Assembly: GCA_964035545.1 (NCBI GenBank)
Contig: CAXIUT010000230.1
Location: 1,674,001 to 1,738,000 of the forward strand
Origin: Bugula neritina
Lineage: Eukaryota; Animalia; Bryozoa
Direction of reading: 5' to 3'
Length of the DNA stretch: 64,000 nucleotides
Each line of letters opens with the position of its first letter. Positions within the stretch are counted from its first letter, which is position 1. This document shows, in pieces, positions 46,201 through 63,480 of the stretch. The notes under the pieces were generated by a model. The model had not been told where the DNA came from. It ran no database searches and was given only the letters and a program-made list of their open reading frames with translations. A program made the position numbers and the translations under genes.

Positions 46201-49200
46201 GTAATATACAGAAATGAACAGTAACATACTGAAATATACTGTAACACACTGAAACATACTCTAACATACCGAAATACACTGTAACATACTGAAATATACT
46301 GCAACATACTGAAATGTACTGCAACATACTGAAGTATGCTGCAACATAGTGCAACGCACTGAAATACACTGTAACATACTGAAATACACTGCAACACATT
46401 GAAATATACTGCAACATAACGAAATAAATGGTGAACTAGTGGAATATACTGTGACACAATGAAATTGACTGCAAGATGCTGAAATATACTGTAACATACT
46501 GAAATACCCTGCCACATACTGAAACATCTGACAACATACCGAAAAAAACTGCGACACGTTGAAAATTACTGCAACATACTGAAATATACTGCAAGTGGTG
46601 CAACATACTGAAATACATTGTGACACACTGAAATACACTGCAACTTACTGCAACATACCACAACATGCTGAAATATACTGCGACGCATTAAAATAGACTG
46701 CAACATACTGAAATATACTGCAACATACTGCAACATACTAAAATACACTGCAACATACTGAAATACATTGCAACACATTAAAACATACTGCAACATACTG
46801 AAACGTATTGCAACATACTGAAATATACTGAAATACACTGTAACATAATGAAATATGCTGTAGCACACTGAAATACACTGCAACACACTGAAGTATACTG
46901 TAATATAGAGAAATGTACTGTAACATACTGAAACACACGGCAACATACTGAAATGTACTGCAACATACTGAAATATACTGCAACATACTGAATTACACTT
47001 GAACATAATGAAATACACTGAAACACATTGAAATATACTGCAACATACCGAAATGAATGGTAAACTAGTGAAATATACTGTAACATAATGAAACATACCG
47101 GAACATGCTGCAACATAATAAAATGTACTGTAACACACTGAAATATGCTACAAGATACTGAAATATACTGCAACATACTGAAACGTACGCGACATCCTAA
47201 AATACACTGTAACATACTGAAATACACTGCAACACCTTGAAAAATACTGCAACATACTTAAACATACGGCAACATACTAAAATACACTATAACATATTGA
47301 AATATACTGCAACATACTGAAGCATACAGCAACATACTGAAATATACTGCAACATACTGAAATACACTATAACATATTGAAATATACTGCAACATACTGA
47401 AATACACTAAAACATATTGAAACATGCTGTAGCATACTGAAATACACTGCAACAAACTGGTGTATACTGTTATATACAGAAATGTATTGTAACATACTGA
47501 AATATGCTACAAGATACTGAAATATACTGTAACATACCGAAACGTACGCAACATACTGAAATACGCTGCAACATACTGAAATATACTGCAAGATTCTGCA
47601 ACATACTGAAATACACTGAAATACACTGTAACATATTAAAATACATTGCAAAACATCAAAATATACTGCAACGTACTGAAATATGCTGTAGCGTACTGAA
47701 AGACACTACAACTCACTGAAGGATAGTGTGATATACGGCAATGTACTGCAACATCCCAAATATACTGCAACACACTGAAACATAAGGCAACATACCGAAA
47801 TATACTGCGATGCATTGAAATATACTGCAACATACTAAAATATACTGCAACATACTGCAACATCCTAAAATACACTGTAACATACTGAAATGCACTGCAA
47901 CACTTTGAAAAATACTGCAACATACTTAAACATACGGCAACATACTAAAATACACTATAACATATTGAAATATACTGCAACATACTGAAATACACTATAA
48001 CATATTGAAATATACTGCAACGTACTGAATTACACTCTAACAAACTGAAATATGCTGTAGCATACTGAATTACACTGCAACACACTGAAGTATACTGTAA
48101 TATACTGAAATGTACTGCGACATACTGAATTATATTGCAACATACTGCAACATACTGAAATACACTGTAACATAATGAAATATGCTGTAGAACACTGAAA
48201 TACACTGCAACACACTGAAGTATACTGTAATATACTGAAATGTACTGCAACATACTGGAATATACTGTAACACACTGAAATATACTCTAACACACCGAAA
48301 TACACTGTAACATACTGAAATAAACTGCAACATACTACAACATACTGAATTACACTTGAACATAATGAAATACACTGAAATACATTGAAATATACTGCAA
48401 CATACCGAAATGAATGGTACACTAGTGAAATATACTGTAACATAATGAAACATACCGGAACATACTGCAACATAATAAAATATACTGTAACACACTGAAA
48501 TATGCTACAAGATACTGAAATATACTGCAACATACTGAAACGTACGCGACATCCTAAAATACACGGTAACATACTGAAATACACTGCAACACCTTGAAAA
48601 ATACTGCAACATACTTAAACATACGGCAACATACTAAAATACACTATAACATATTGAAATATACTGCAACATACTGAAATACACTATAACATATTTAAAT
48701 ATACTGCAACATACTGAATTACACTCTAACAAACTGAAATATGCTGTAGCATACTGAATTACACTGCAACACACTAAAGTATACTGTAATATACTGAAAT
48801 GTGCTGCGACATACTGAATTATACTGCAACATACTGCAACATACTGAAATACACTGTAACATAATGAAATATGCTGTAGCACACTGAAATACACTGCAAC
48901 ACACTGAAGTATACTGTAATATACTGAAATGTACTGCAACATACTGGAATATACTGTAACACACTGAAATATACTCTAACATACCGAAATACACTGTAAC
49001 ACACTGAAATAAACTGCAACATACTGCAACATACTGAATTACATTTGAACATAATGATATACACTGAAACACATTGAAATATACTGCAACATACCGAAAT
49101 GAATGGTAAACTAGTGAAATATACCGTAACATAATGAAACATACCGGAACATACTGCAACATAATAAAATATACTGTAACACACTGAAATATGCTACAAG

Positions 49201-52200
49201 ATACTGAAATAAACTGCAACATACTGCAACATACTGCAACATACTGAAATACACTGCAACACCTTGAAAAATACTGCAACATACTTAAACATACGGCAAC
49301 ATACTAAAATACACTATAACATATTGAAATATACTGCAGCATACTAAAATACACTAAAACATATTGAAATATGCTGTAGCATACTGAAATATACTGCCAC
49401 ACACTGAAGTATACTGTAATATACAGAAATGTACTGTAACATACTGTAACATACTGAAACATATGGCAACATACTGAAATGTACTGCAACATACTGAATT
49501 ATACTGCAACAAAGTGCAACGTACTGAAATACACTGTAACATATTGAAATACACTGCGACACATTGAAATATACTGCAACATACTGAAACACACTGCAAC
49601 ATACCTAAATATACTGCAACATACTGAATTACACTATAACATATTGAAATATACTGCAACATACTGAATTACACTTTAACATACAGAAATGACTGTAACA
49701 TACTGAAATATACTGTAACACACTGAAACATACTCTAACATACTGAAATAGACTGTAACATACTGAAATATACTGCAACATACTGAAATGTACTGCAACA
49801 TACTGAGGTATACTGCAACATAGTGCAATGTACTGAAATACACTGTAACATACTTAAATACACTGCAACACATTGAAATATACTGCAACATAACGAAATA
49901 AATGGTGAACTAGTGGAATATACTGTAACACAATGAAATTGACTTCAAGATACTGAAATATACTGTAACATACTGAAATGTGCTGCCACATACTGGAACA
50001 TACGGCAACATACCGAAATAAACTGTGACACGTTGAAAATTACTGCAACATACTGAAATATACTGCAAGTGGTGCAACATACTGAAATACATTGTGACAC
50101 ATTGAAATACACTGCAACATACCGCAACATACCACAACATACTGAAATATACTGCGACGCAATAAAATATACTGCAACATACTGAAGTATACTGCAACAT
50201 ACTGCAACATACTAAAATACACTGCAACATACTGAAATATATAGCAACACATTAAAACATACTGCAACATACTGAAACGTACTGCAACATACTGAAATAT
50301 ACTGCAACATACTGAAATACTCTATAACATATTGAAATATACTGCAACATACTGAATTACACTCTAACATACTGAAATATGCTGTAGCATACTGAAATAC
50401 ACTGCAACACATTGAAATATACTGCAGCATACCGAAATGAATGGTAAACTAACGAAATAAACTGTAACATAACTAAACATACCGGAACATACTGCAACAT
50501 AATAAAATATACTGTAACACACTGAAATATACTGCAAGATACTGAAATTTACTGCAACATACTGAAATGTACGCAAAATACTGAAATACGCTGCAACATA
50601 CAGTAATATACTGCAAGATACTGCAAAACACTGAGTACACTGTGTCATACTGAAATACACTGAAAAATATTGATATACACTGCAACACATTGAAATATAC
50701 TGCAAAACACTTAAACATAAGGCAACATACTGAAATATACTGCGACACATTGAAATATACTGCAACATACTAAAATATACTCCAACATACTGCAACTTTC
50801 TAAAATACACTGTAACATACTGAAATACACTGCATTACATTGAAAATTACTGCAACATACTGAAGCATACGGCAACATACTGAAATATACTGCAAAATAC
50901 TGAAATACACTATAACATATTGAAATATACTGCAAAATACTGAAATACACTAAAACATATTGAAATATGCTGTAGCATATTGAAATACACTGCAACAAAC
51001 TGGTGTATACTGTTATATACAGAAATGTACTGCGACATACTGAATTATACTGCAACATACTGCAACATACTGAAATACACTGTAACATAATGAAATATGC
51101 TGTAGCACACTGAAATACACTGCAACACACTGAAGTATACTGTAATATACTGAAATGTACTGCAACATACTGGAATATACTGTAACACACCGAAATATAC
51201 TCTAACACCGAAATACACTGTAACATACTGAAATAAACTACAACATACTGCAACATACCGAATTACATTTGAACATAATGAAATACACTGAAACACATTG
51301 AAATATACTGCAACATACCGAAATGAATGGTAAACTAGTGAAGTATACTGTAACATAATGAAATTGACCGCAAGATACTGAAATATACTGTAACATACTG
51401 AAATACGCTGCCACACACTGAAACATACGGCAACCTACCGAATTATACTGCGACACGTTGAAAAATACTGCAACATACTGAATTATACTGCAAGACACTG
51501 CAACATACTGAAATACACTGTAACATATTAAAATACATTGCAAAACGTCGAAATATACTGCAACATACTGAAATATGCTGTAGCATACTGAAAGACACTA
51601 CAACTCACTGAAGGATAGTTTGATATACGCAAATGTACTGCATCATGCCTAAATATACTGCAACACACTGAAACATAAGGCAACATACTGAAATATACTA
51701 CGATGCATTGAAATATACTGCAACATACTAAAATATACTGCAACATACTGCAACATCCTAAAATACACTGTAACATACTGAAATACACTGCAACACCTTG
51801 AAAAATACTGCAACATACTTAAACATACAGCAACATACTAAAATACACTATAACATATTGAAATATACTGCAACATACTGAAATACACTGTAACATATTG
51901 AAATATGCTGTAGCATACTGAAATATACTGCCACACACTGAAGTATACTGTAATATACAGAAACGTACTGTAACATACTGTAACATACAGAAACATACGG
52001 CAACATACTGAAATGTACTGCAACATACTGAAATATACTGAAATACACTGTAACATAATGAAATATGCTGTAGCACACTGAAATACACTGCAACACACTG
52101 AAGTATACTGTAATATAGAGAAATGTACTGTAACATACTGAAACACACGGCAACATACTGAAATGTACTGCAACATACTGAAATATACTGCAACATACTG

Positions 52201-55058
52201 CAACATACTGAATTACACTTGAACATAATAAAATACACTGAAACACATTGAAATATACTGCAACATACCGAAATGAATGGTAAACTAGTGAAATATACTG
52301 TAACATAATGAAACATACCGGAACATACTGCAACATAATAAAATATACTGTAACACACTGAAATATGCTACAAGATACTGAAATATACTGCAACATACTG
52401 AAACGTACGCGACATCCTAAAATACACTGTAACATACTGAAATACACTGCAACACCTTGAAAAATACTGCAACATACTTAAACATACGGCAACATACTAA
52501 AATACACTATAACATATTGAAATATACTGCAACATACTGAAATACAATATAACATATTGAAAAATACTGCAACATACTGAGTTACACTCTAACAAACTGA
52601 AATATGCTGTAGCATACTGAATTACACTGCAACACACTGAAGTATACTGTAATATACTGAAATGTACTGCGACATACTGAATTATACTGCAACATACTGC
52701 AACATACTGAAATACACTGCAACACACTGAAGTATACTGTAATATACTGAAATGTTATGCAACGTACTGAAAAATAATGCAACGCGTTGAATTACACTAT
52801 AACATATTGAAATATACCGCAACATACTGAAATGTAGTGTCATATACAGAAATGAACTGTAACATACTGAAATATACTGTAACACACTGAAACATACTCT
52901 AACATAACGAAATACACTGTAACATACTGAAATATACTGCAACATACTGAAATGTACTGCAACATACTGAAATATACTGCAACATACTGAATTACACTAT
53001 AACATATTGAAATATACTGCAACATACTGAATTACACTTTAACATACTGAAATAGGCTGTAGCATACTGAATTACACTCTAACATACTGAAATATGCTCT
53101 AGCATACTGAAATACACTGCAACACAGTGAAGTATACTGTAATACACTGAAATGTACTGCAACATACTGAATTATACTGCAACATACTGCAACATACTGG
53201 AACACACTGTAACATAATGAAATATGCTGTAGGACACTGAAATACACTGCAATACCCTGAAGTATACTGTAATATACTGAAATGTTATGCAACGTACTGA
53301 AAAATAATGCAACGCGTTGAATTACACTATAACATATTGAAATATACCGCAACATACTGAAATGTAGTGTAATATACAGAAATGAACAGTAACATACTGA
53401 AATATACTGTAACACACTGAAACATACTCTAACATACCGAAATACACTGTAACATACTGAAATATACTGCAACATACTGAAATGTACTGCAACATACTGA
53501 AGTATGCTGCAACATAGTGCAACGCACTGAAATACACTGTAACATACTGAAATACACTGCAACACATTGAAATATACTGCAACATAACGAAATAAATGGT
53601 GAACTAGTGGAATATACTGTAACACAATGAAATTGACTGCAAGATGCTGAAATATACTGTAACATACTGAAATACCCTGCCACATACTGAAACATCTGAC
53701 AACATACCGAAAAAAACTGCGACACGTTGAAAATTACTGCAACATACTAAAATATACTGCAAGTGGTGCAACATACTGAAATACATTGTGACACACTGAA
53801 ATACACTGCAACTTACTGCAACATACCACAACATACTGAAATATACTGCGACGCATTAAAATAGACTGCAACATACTGAAATATACTGCAACATACTGCA
53901 ACATACTAAAATACACTGCAACATACTGAAATACATTGCAACACATTAAAACATACTGCAACATACTGAAACGTATTGCAACATACTGAAATATACTGAA
54001 ATACACTGTAACATAATGAAATATGCTGTAGCACACTGAAATACACTGCAACACACTGAAGTATACTGTAATATAGAGAAATGTACTGTAACATACTGAA
54101 ACACACGGCAACATACTGAAATGTACTGCAACATACTGAAATATACTGCAACATACTGAATTACACTTGAACATAATGAAATACACTGAAACACATTGAA
54201 ATATACTGCAACATACCGAAATGAATGGTAAACTAGTGAAATATACTGTAACATAATGAAACATACCGGAACATGCTGCAACATAATAAAATGTACTGTA
54301 ACACACTGAAATATGCTACAAGATACTGAAATATACTGCAACATACTGAAACGTACGCGACATCCTAAAATACACTGTAACATACTGAAATACACTGCAA
54401 CACCTTGAAAAATACTGCAACATACTTAAACATACGGCAACATACTAAAATACACTATAACATATTGAAATATACTGCAACATACTGAAGCATACGGCAA
54501 CATACTGAAATATACTGCAACATACTGAAATACACTATAACATATTGAAATATACTGCAACATACTGAAATACACTAAAACATATTGAAACATGCTGTAG
54601 CATACTGAAATACACTGCAACAAACTGGTGTATACTGTTATATACAGAAATGTATTGTAACATACTGAAATATGCTACAAGATACTGAAATATACTGTAA
54701 CATACCGAAACGTACGCAACATACTGAAATACGCTGCAACATACTGAAATATACTGCAAGATTCTGCAACATACTGAAATACACTGAAATACACTGTAAC
54801 ATATTAAAATACATTGCAAAACATCAAAATATACTGCAACGTACTGAAATATGCTGTAGCGTACTGAAAGACACTACAACTCACTGAAGGATAGTGTGAT
54901 ATACGGCAATGTACTGCAACATCCCAAATATACTGCAACACACTGAAACATAAGGCAACATACCGAAATATACTGCGATGCATTGAAATATACTGCAACA
55001 TACTAAAATATACTGCAACATACTGCAACATCCTAAAATACACTGTAACATACTGAAA
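40203..55058. repeat. 7168-bp HOR, about 2.1 near-identical copies
   Basis: Offsets 40336/47504/54672, 42136/49304, 44070/51238, 45864/53032. Confidence 0.95.
40692..42042. repeat. 689-bp diverged tandem duplication (second instance ~47860-49210)
   Basis: ACATCCTAAAATACACTGT at 40692 and 41381; pseudo-ORFs 40777/41466, 40962/41651, 47945/48634. Confidence 0.85.
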
Positions 55059-55659
55059 TACACTGCAACATACTACAACATACTGAATTACACTTGAACA
55101 TAATGAAATACACTGAAATACATTGAAATATACTGCAACATACCGAAATGAATGGTACACTAGTGAAATATACTGTAACATAATGAAACATACCGGAACA
55201 TACTGCAACATAATAAAATATACTGTAACACACTGAAATATGCTACAAGATACTGAAATATACTGCAACATACTGAAACGTACGCGACATCCTAAAATAC
55301 ACTGTAACATACTGAAATACACTGCAACACCTTGAAAAATACTGCAACATACTTAAACATACGGCAACATACTAAAATACACTATAACATATTGAAATAT
55401 ACTGCAACATACTGAAATACACTATAACATATTTAAATATACTGCAACATACTGAATTACACTCTAACAAACTGAAATATGCTGTAGCATACTGAATTAC
55501 ACTGCAACACACTAAAGTATACTGTAATATACTGAAATGTGCTGCGACATACTGAATTATACTGCAACATACTGCAACATACTGAAATACACTGTAACAT
55601 AATGAAATATGCTGTAGCACACTGAAATACACTGCAACACACTGAAGTATACTGTAATA

Positions 55660-58600
55660 TACTGAAATGTTATGCAACGTACTGAAAAATAATGCAACGC
55701 GTTGAATTACACTATAACATATTGAAATATACCGCAACATACTGAAATGTAGTGTCATATACAGAAATGAACTGTAACATACTGAAATATACTGTAACAC
55801 ACTGAAACATACTCTAACATAACGAAATACACTGTAACATACTGAAATATACTGCAACATACTGAAATGTACTGCAACATACTGAAATATACTGCAACAT
55901 ACTGAATTACACTATAACATATTGAAATATACTGCAACATACTGAATTACACTTTAACATACTGAAATAGGCTGTAGCATACTGAATTACACTCTAACAT
56001 ACTGAAATATGCTCTAGCATACTGAAATACACTGCAACACAGTGAAGTATACTGTAATACACTGAAATGTACTGCAACATACTGAATTATACTGCAACAT
56101 ACTGCAACATACTGGAACACACTGTAACATAATGAAATATGCTGTAGGACACTGAAATACACTGCAATACCCTGAAGTATACTGTAATATACTGAAATGT
56201 TATGCAACGTACTGAAAAATAATGCAACGCGTTGAATTACACTATAACATATTGAAATATACCGCAACATACTGAAATGTAGTGTAATATACAGAAATGA
56301 ACAGTAACATACTGAAATATACTGTAACACACTGAAACATACTCTAACATACCGAAATACACTGTACCATACTGAAATATACTGCAACATACTGAAATGT
56401 ACTGCAACATACTGAAGTATGCTGCAACATAGTGCAACGCACTGAAATACACTGTAACATACTGAAATACACTGCAACACATTGAAATATACTGCAACAT
56501 AACGAAATAAATGGTGAACTAGTGGAATATACTGTAACACAATGAAATTGACTGCAAGATGCTGAAATATACTGTAACATACTGAAATACCCTGCCACAT
56601 ACTGAAACATCTGACAACATACCGAAAAAAACTGCGACACGTTGAAAATTACTGCAACATACTGAAATATACTGCAAGTGGTGCAACATACTGAAATACA
56701 TTGTGACACACTGAAATACACTGCAACTTACTGCAACATACCACATCATACTGAAATATACTGCGACGCATTAAAATAGACTGCAACATACTGAAATATA
56801 CTGCAACATACTGCAACATACTAAAATACACTGCAACATACTGAAATACATTGCAACACATTAAAACATACTGCAACATACTGAAACGTACTGCAACATA
56901 CTGAAATATACTGCAACATACTGAAATACTCTATAACATATTGAAATATATTGCAACATACTGAATTACACTCTAACATACTGAAATATGCTGTAGCATA
57001 CTGAAATACACTGCAACACATTGAAATATACTGGAACATACCGAAATGAATGGTAAACTAGTGAAATATACTGTAACATAATGAAACATACCGAAACATA
57101 CTGCAACATAATAAAATATAATGTAACACACTGCATTATGCTACAAGATACTGAAATATACTGTAACATACTGAAACGTTCGCAACATACTGAAATACGC
57201 TGCAACATACTGATATATACTGCAAGATACTGCAACATATTGAAATACACTATAACACACTGAAATACACTGCAACATACTGAAATACACTGTAACACAT
57301 TGAAATACGTTGCAAGACATCGGAATATACTGCAACATACTGAAATATGCTGTAGCATACTGAAAGACACTACAACTCACTGAAGGATAGTGTGATATAC
57401 GGAAATGTACTGCATCATGCCCAAATATACTGCAACAAACTGAAACATAAGACAACATACTGAAATATACTACGATGCATTGAAATATACTGCAACATAC
57501 TAAAATATACTGCAACATACTGCAACATCCTAAAATACACTGTAACATACTGAAATACACTGCAACACCTTGAAAAATACTGCAACATACTTAAACATAC
57601 AGCAACATACTAAAAAACACTATAACATATTGAAATATACAGCAACATACTGAAATACACTGTAACATATTGAAATATGCTGTAGCATACTGAAATATAC
57701 TGCCACACACTGAAGTATACTGTAATATACAGAAACGTACTGTAACATACTGTAACATACTGAAACATACGGCAACATACTAAAATGTACTGCAACATAC
57801 TGAAATATACGGAAATACACTGTAACATAATGAAATACATTGCAACACATTATAACATACTGCAACATACTGAAACGTACTGCAACATACTGAAATATAC
57901 TGAAATACACTGTAACATAATGAAATATGCTGTAGCACACTGAAATACACTGCAACACACTGAAGTATACTGTAATATAGAGAAATGTACTGTAACATAC
58001 TGAAACACACGGCAACATACTGAAATGTACTGCAACATACTGAAATATACTGCAACATACTGCAACATACTGAATTACACTTGAACATAATGAAATACAC
58101 TGAAACACATTGAAATATAGTGCAACATACCGAAATGAATGGTAAACTAGTGAAATATACTGTAACATAATGAAACATACCGGAACATACTGCAACATAA
58201 TAAAATGTACTGTAACACACTGAAATATGCTACAAGATACTGAAATATACTGCAACATACTGAAACGTACGCGACATCCTAAAATACACTGTAACATACT
58301 GAAATACACTGCAACACCTTGAAAAATACTGCAACATACTTGAACATACGGCAACATACTAAAATACACTATAACATATTGAAATATACTGCAACATACT
58401 GAAATACACTATACCATATTGAAAAATACTGCAACATACTGAATTACACTCTAACAAACTGAAATATGCTGTAGCATACTGAATTACACTGCAACACACT
58501 GAAGTATACTGTAATATACTGAAATGTACTGCGACATACTGAATTATACTGCAACATACTGCAACATACTGAAATACACTGCAACACACTGAAGTATACT

Positions 58601-61600
58601 GTAATATACTGAAATGTTATGCAACGTACTGAAAAATAATGCAACGCGTTGAATTACACTATAACATATTGAAATATACCGCAACATGCTGAAATGTAGT
58701 GTAATATACAGAAATGAACTGTAACATACTGAAATATACTGTAACACACTGAAACATACGCTAACATAACGAAATACACTGTAACATACTGAAATATACT
58801 GCAACATACTGAAATGTACTGCAACATACTGAAATATACTGCAACATACTGAATTACACTATAACATATTGCAATATACTGCAACATACTGAATTACACT
58901 TTAACATACTGAAATAGGCTGTAGCATACTGAATTACACTCTAACATACTGAAATATGCTCTAGCATACTGAAATACACTGCAACACAGTGAAGTATACT
59001 GTAATACACTGAAATGTACTGCAACATACTGAATTATACTGTAACATACTGCAACATACTGGAACACACTGTAACATAATGAAATATGCTGTAGGACACT
59101 GAAATACACTGCAACACCCTGAAGTATACTGTAATATACTGAAATGTTATGCAACGTACTGAAAAATATTGCAACGCGTTGAATTACACTATAACATATT
59201 GAAATATACCGCAACATACTGAAATGTAGTGTAATATACAGAATTGAACTGTAACATACTGAAATATACTGTAACACACTGAAACATACTCTAACATAAC
59301 GAAATACACTGTAATATACTGAAATATACTGCAACAAACTGAAATGTACTGCAACATACTGAAGTATACTGCAACATAGTGCAACGTACTGAAATACACT
59401 GTAACATACTGAAATACACTGCAACACATTGAAATATACTGCAACATAACGAAATAAATGGTGAACTAGTGGAATATACTGTAACACAATGAAATTGACT
59501 GCAAGATGCTGAAACATACTGTAACATACTGAAATACCCTGCCACATACTGAAACATACGGCAACATACAGAAATAAACTGCGACACGTTGATAATTACT
59601 GCAACATACTGAAATATACTGCAAGTGGTGCAACATACTGAAATACATTGTGACACACTGAAATACACTGCAACTTACTGCAACATACCACAACATACTG
59701 AAATATACTGCGACGCATTAAAATAGACTGCAACATACTGAAATATACTGCAACATACTGCAACATACTAAAATACACTGCAACATACTGAAATACATTG
59801 CAACACATTAAAACATACTGCAACATACTGAAACGTACTGCAACATACTGAAATATACTGCAACATACTGAAATACTCTATAACATATTGAAATATATTG
59901 CAACATACTGAATTACACTCTAACATACTGAAATATGCTGTAGCATACTGAAATACACTGCAACACATTGAAATATACTGGAACATACCGAAATGAATGG
60001 TAAACTAGTGAAATATACTGTAACATAATGAAACATACCGAAACATACTGCAACATAATAAAATATAATGTAACACACTGCATTATGCTACAAGATACTG
60101 AAATATACTGTAACATACTGAAACGTTCGCAACATATTGAAATACGCTGCAACATACTGATATATACTGCAAGATACTGCAACATATTGAAATACACTAT
60201 AACACACTGAAATACACTGCAACATACTGAAATACACTGTAACACATTGAAATACGTTGCAAGACATCGGAATATACTGCAACATACTGAAATATGCTGT
60301 AGCATACTGAAAGACACTACAACTCACTGAAGGATAGTGTGATATACGGAAATGTACTGCATCATGCCCAAATATACTGCAACAAACTGAAACATAAGAC
60401 AACATACTGAAATATACTACGATGCATTGAAATATACTGCAACATACTAAAATATACTGCAACATACTGCAACATCCTAAAATACACTGTAACATACTGA
60501 AATACACTGCAACACCTTGAAAAATACTGCAACATACTTAAACATACAGCAACATACTAAAAAACACTATAACATATTGAAATATACAGCAACATACTGA
60601 AATACACTGTAACATATTGAAATATGCTGTAGCATACTGAAATATACTGCCACACACTGAAGTATACTGTAATATACAGAAACGTACTGTAACATACTGT
60701 AACATACTGAAACATACGGCAACATACTAAAATGTACTGCAACATACTGAAATATACGGAAATACACTGTAACATAATGAAATACATTGCAACACATTAT
60801 AACATACTGCAACATACTGAAACGTACTGCAACATACTGAAATATACTGAAATACACTGTAACATAATGAAATATGCTGTAGCACACTGAAATACACTGC
60901 AACACACTGAAGTATACTGTAATATAGAGAAATGTACTGTAACATACTGAAACACACGGCAACATACTGAAATGTACTGCAACATACTGAAATATACTGC
61001 AACATACTGCAACATACTGAATTACACTTGAACATAATGAAGTACACTGAAACACATTGAAATATAGTGCAACATACCGAAATGAATGGTAAACTAGTGA
61101 AATATACTGTAACATAATGAAACATACCGGAACATACTGCAACATAATAAAATGTACTGTAACACACTGAAATATGCTACAAGATACTGAAATATACTGC
61201 AACATACTGAAACGTACGCGACATCCTAAAATACACTGTAACATACTGAAATACACTGCAACACCTTGAAAAATACTGCAACATACTTGAACATACGGCA
61301 ACATACTAAAATACACTATAACATATTGAAATATACTGCAACATACTGAAATACACTATAACATATTGAAAAATACTGCAACATACTGAATTACACTCTA
61401 ACAAACTGAAATATGCTGTAGCATACTGAATTACACTGCAACACACTGAAGTATACTGTAATATACTGAAATGTACTGCGACATACTGAATTATACTGCA
61501 ACATACTGCAACATACTGAAATACACTGCAACACACTGAAGTATACTGTAATATACTGAAATGTTATGCAACGTACTGAAAAATAATGCAACGCGTTGAA

Positions 61601-63480
61601 TTACACTATAACATATTGAAATATACCGCAACATGCTGAAATGTAGTGTAATATACAGAAATGAACTGTAACATACTGAAATATACTGTAACACACTGAA
61701 ACATACGCTAACATAACGAAATACACTGTAACATACTGAAATATACTGCAACATACTGAAATGTACTGCAACATACTGAAATATACTGCAACATACTGAA
61801 TTACACTATAACATATTGCAATATACTGCAACATACTGAATTACACTTTAACATACTGAAATAGGCTGTAGCATACTGAATTACACTCTAACATACTGAA
61901 ATATGCTCTAGCATACTGAAATACACTGCAACACAGTGAAGTATACTGTAATACACTGAAATGTACTGCAACATACTGAATTATACTGTAACATACTGCA
62001 ACATACTGGAACACACTGTAACATAATGAAATATGCTGTAGGACACTGAAATACACTGCAACACCCTGAAGTATACTGTAATATACTGAAATGTTATGCA
62101 ACGTACTGAAAAATATTGCAACGCGTTGAATTACACTATAACATATTGAAATATACCGCAACATACTGAAATGTAGTGTAATATACAGAATTGAACTGTA
62201 ACATACTGAAATATACTGTAACACACTGAAACATACTCTAACATAACGAAATACACTGTAATATACTGAAATATACTGCAACAAACTGAAATGTACTGCA
62301 ACATACTGAAGTATACTGCAACATAGTGCAACGTACTGAAATACACTGTAACATACTGAAATACACTGCAACACATTGAAATATACTGCAACATAACGAA
62401 ATAAATGGTGAACTAGTGGAATATACTGTAACACAATGAAATTGACTGCAAGATGCTGAAACATACTGTAACATACTGAAATACCCTGCCACATACTGAA
62501 ACATACGGCAACATACCGAAATAAACTGCGACACGTTGATAATTACTGCAACATACTGAAATATACTGCAAGTGGTGCAACATACTGAAATACATTGTGA
62601 CACACTGAAATACACTGCAACTTACTGCAACATACCACAACATACTGAAATATACTGCGACGCATTAAAATAGACTGCAACATACTGAAATATACTGCAA
62701 CATACTGCAACATACTAAAATACACTGCAACATACTGAAATACATTGCAACACATTAAAGCATACTGCAACATACTGAAACGTACTGCAACATACTGAAA
62801 TATACTGCGACATACTGAAATACTCTATAACATATTGAAATATACTGCAACATACTGAATTACACTCTAACATACTGAAATATGCTGCAGCATACTGAAA
62901 TACACTGCAACACATTGAAATATACTGCAACATACCGAAATGAATGGTAAACTAGTGAAATATACTGTAACATAATGAAACATACCGGAACATACTGCAA
63001 CATAATAAAATATACTGTAACACACTGCATTATGCTACAAGATACTGAAATATACTGTAACATACTGAAACGTTCGCAACATACTGAAATACGCTGCAAC
63101 ATACTGATATATACTGCAAGATACTGCAACATATTGAAATACACTATAACACACTGAAATACACTGCAACATACTGAAATACACTGTAACACATTGAAAT
63201 ACATTGCAAAACATCGAAATATACTGCAACATACTGAAATATGCTGTAGCATACTGAAAGACACTACAACTCTCTGAAAGATAGTGTGATATACGGAAAT
63301 GTACTGCAACATGCCCAAATATACTGCAACACACTGAAACACAAGGCAACATACTGAAATATACTGCGACACATTGAAATATACTGCAACATACTAAAAT
63401 ACACTGCAACATACTGCAACATCCTAAAATACACTGTAACATACTGAAATACACTGCAACACCTTGAAAAATACTGCAAC
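55660..63480. repeat. 2947-bp HOR, about 2.7 copies; copy of ~34140-38890 (offset 21,524) with one extra unit
   Basis: Pseudo-ORFs 55947/58894/61841 and 57081/60028/62975; long-range pairs 34423/55947, 35442/56966, 38389/62860. Confidence 0.93.

Larger units (their letters stand above)
28460..63480. repeat. HOR domain 2, a mosaic with different diagnostic variants
   Basis: New markers not seen in domain 1: ACAGAAATGACTGT (29126, 39262, 42515, 49683), AAATACCCTGCC, GTAATATAGAGAAATG, ACGTACGCGACATCC, CTCTAACACCGAAA. Confidence 0.88.
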
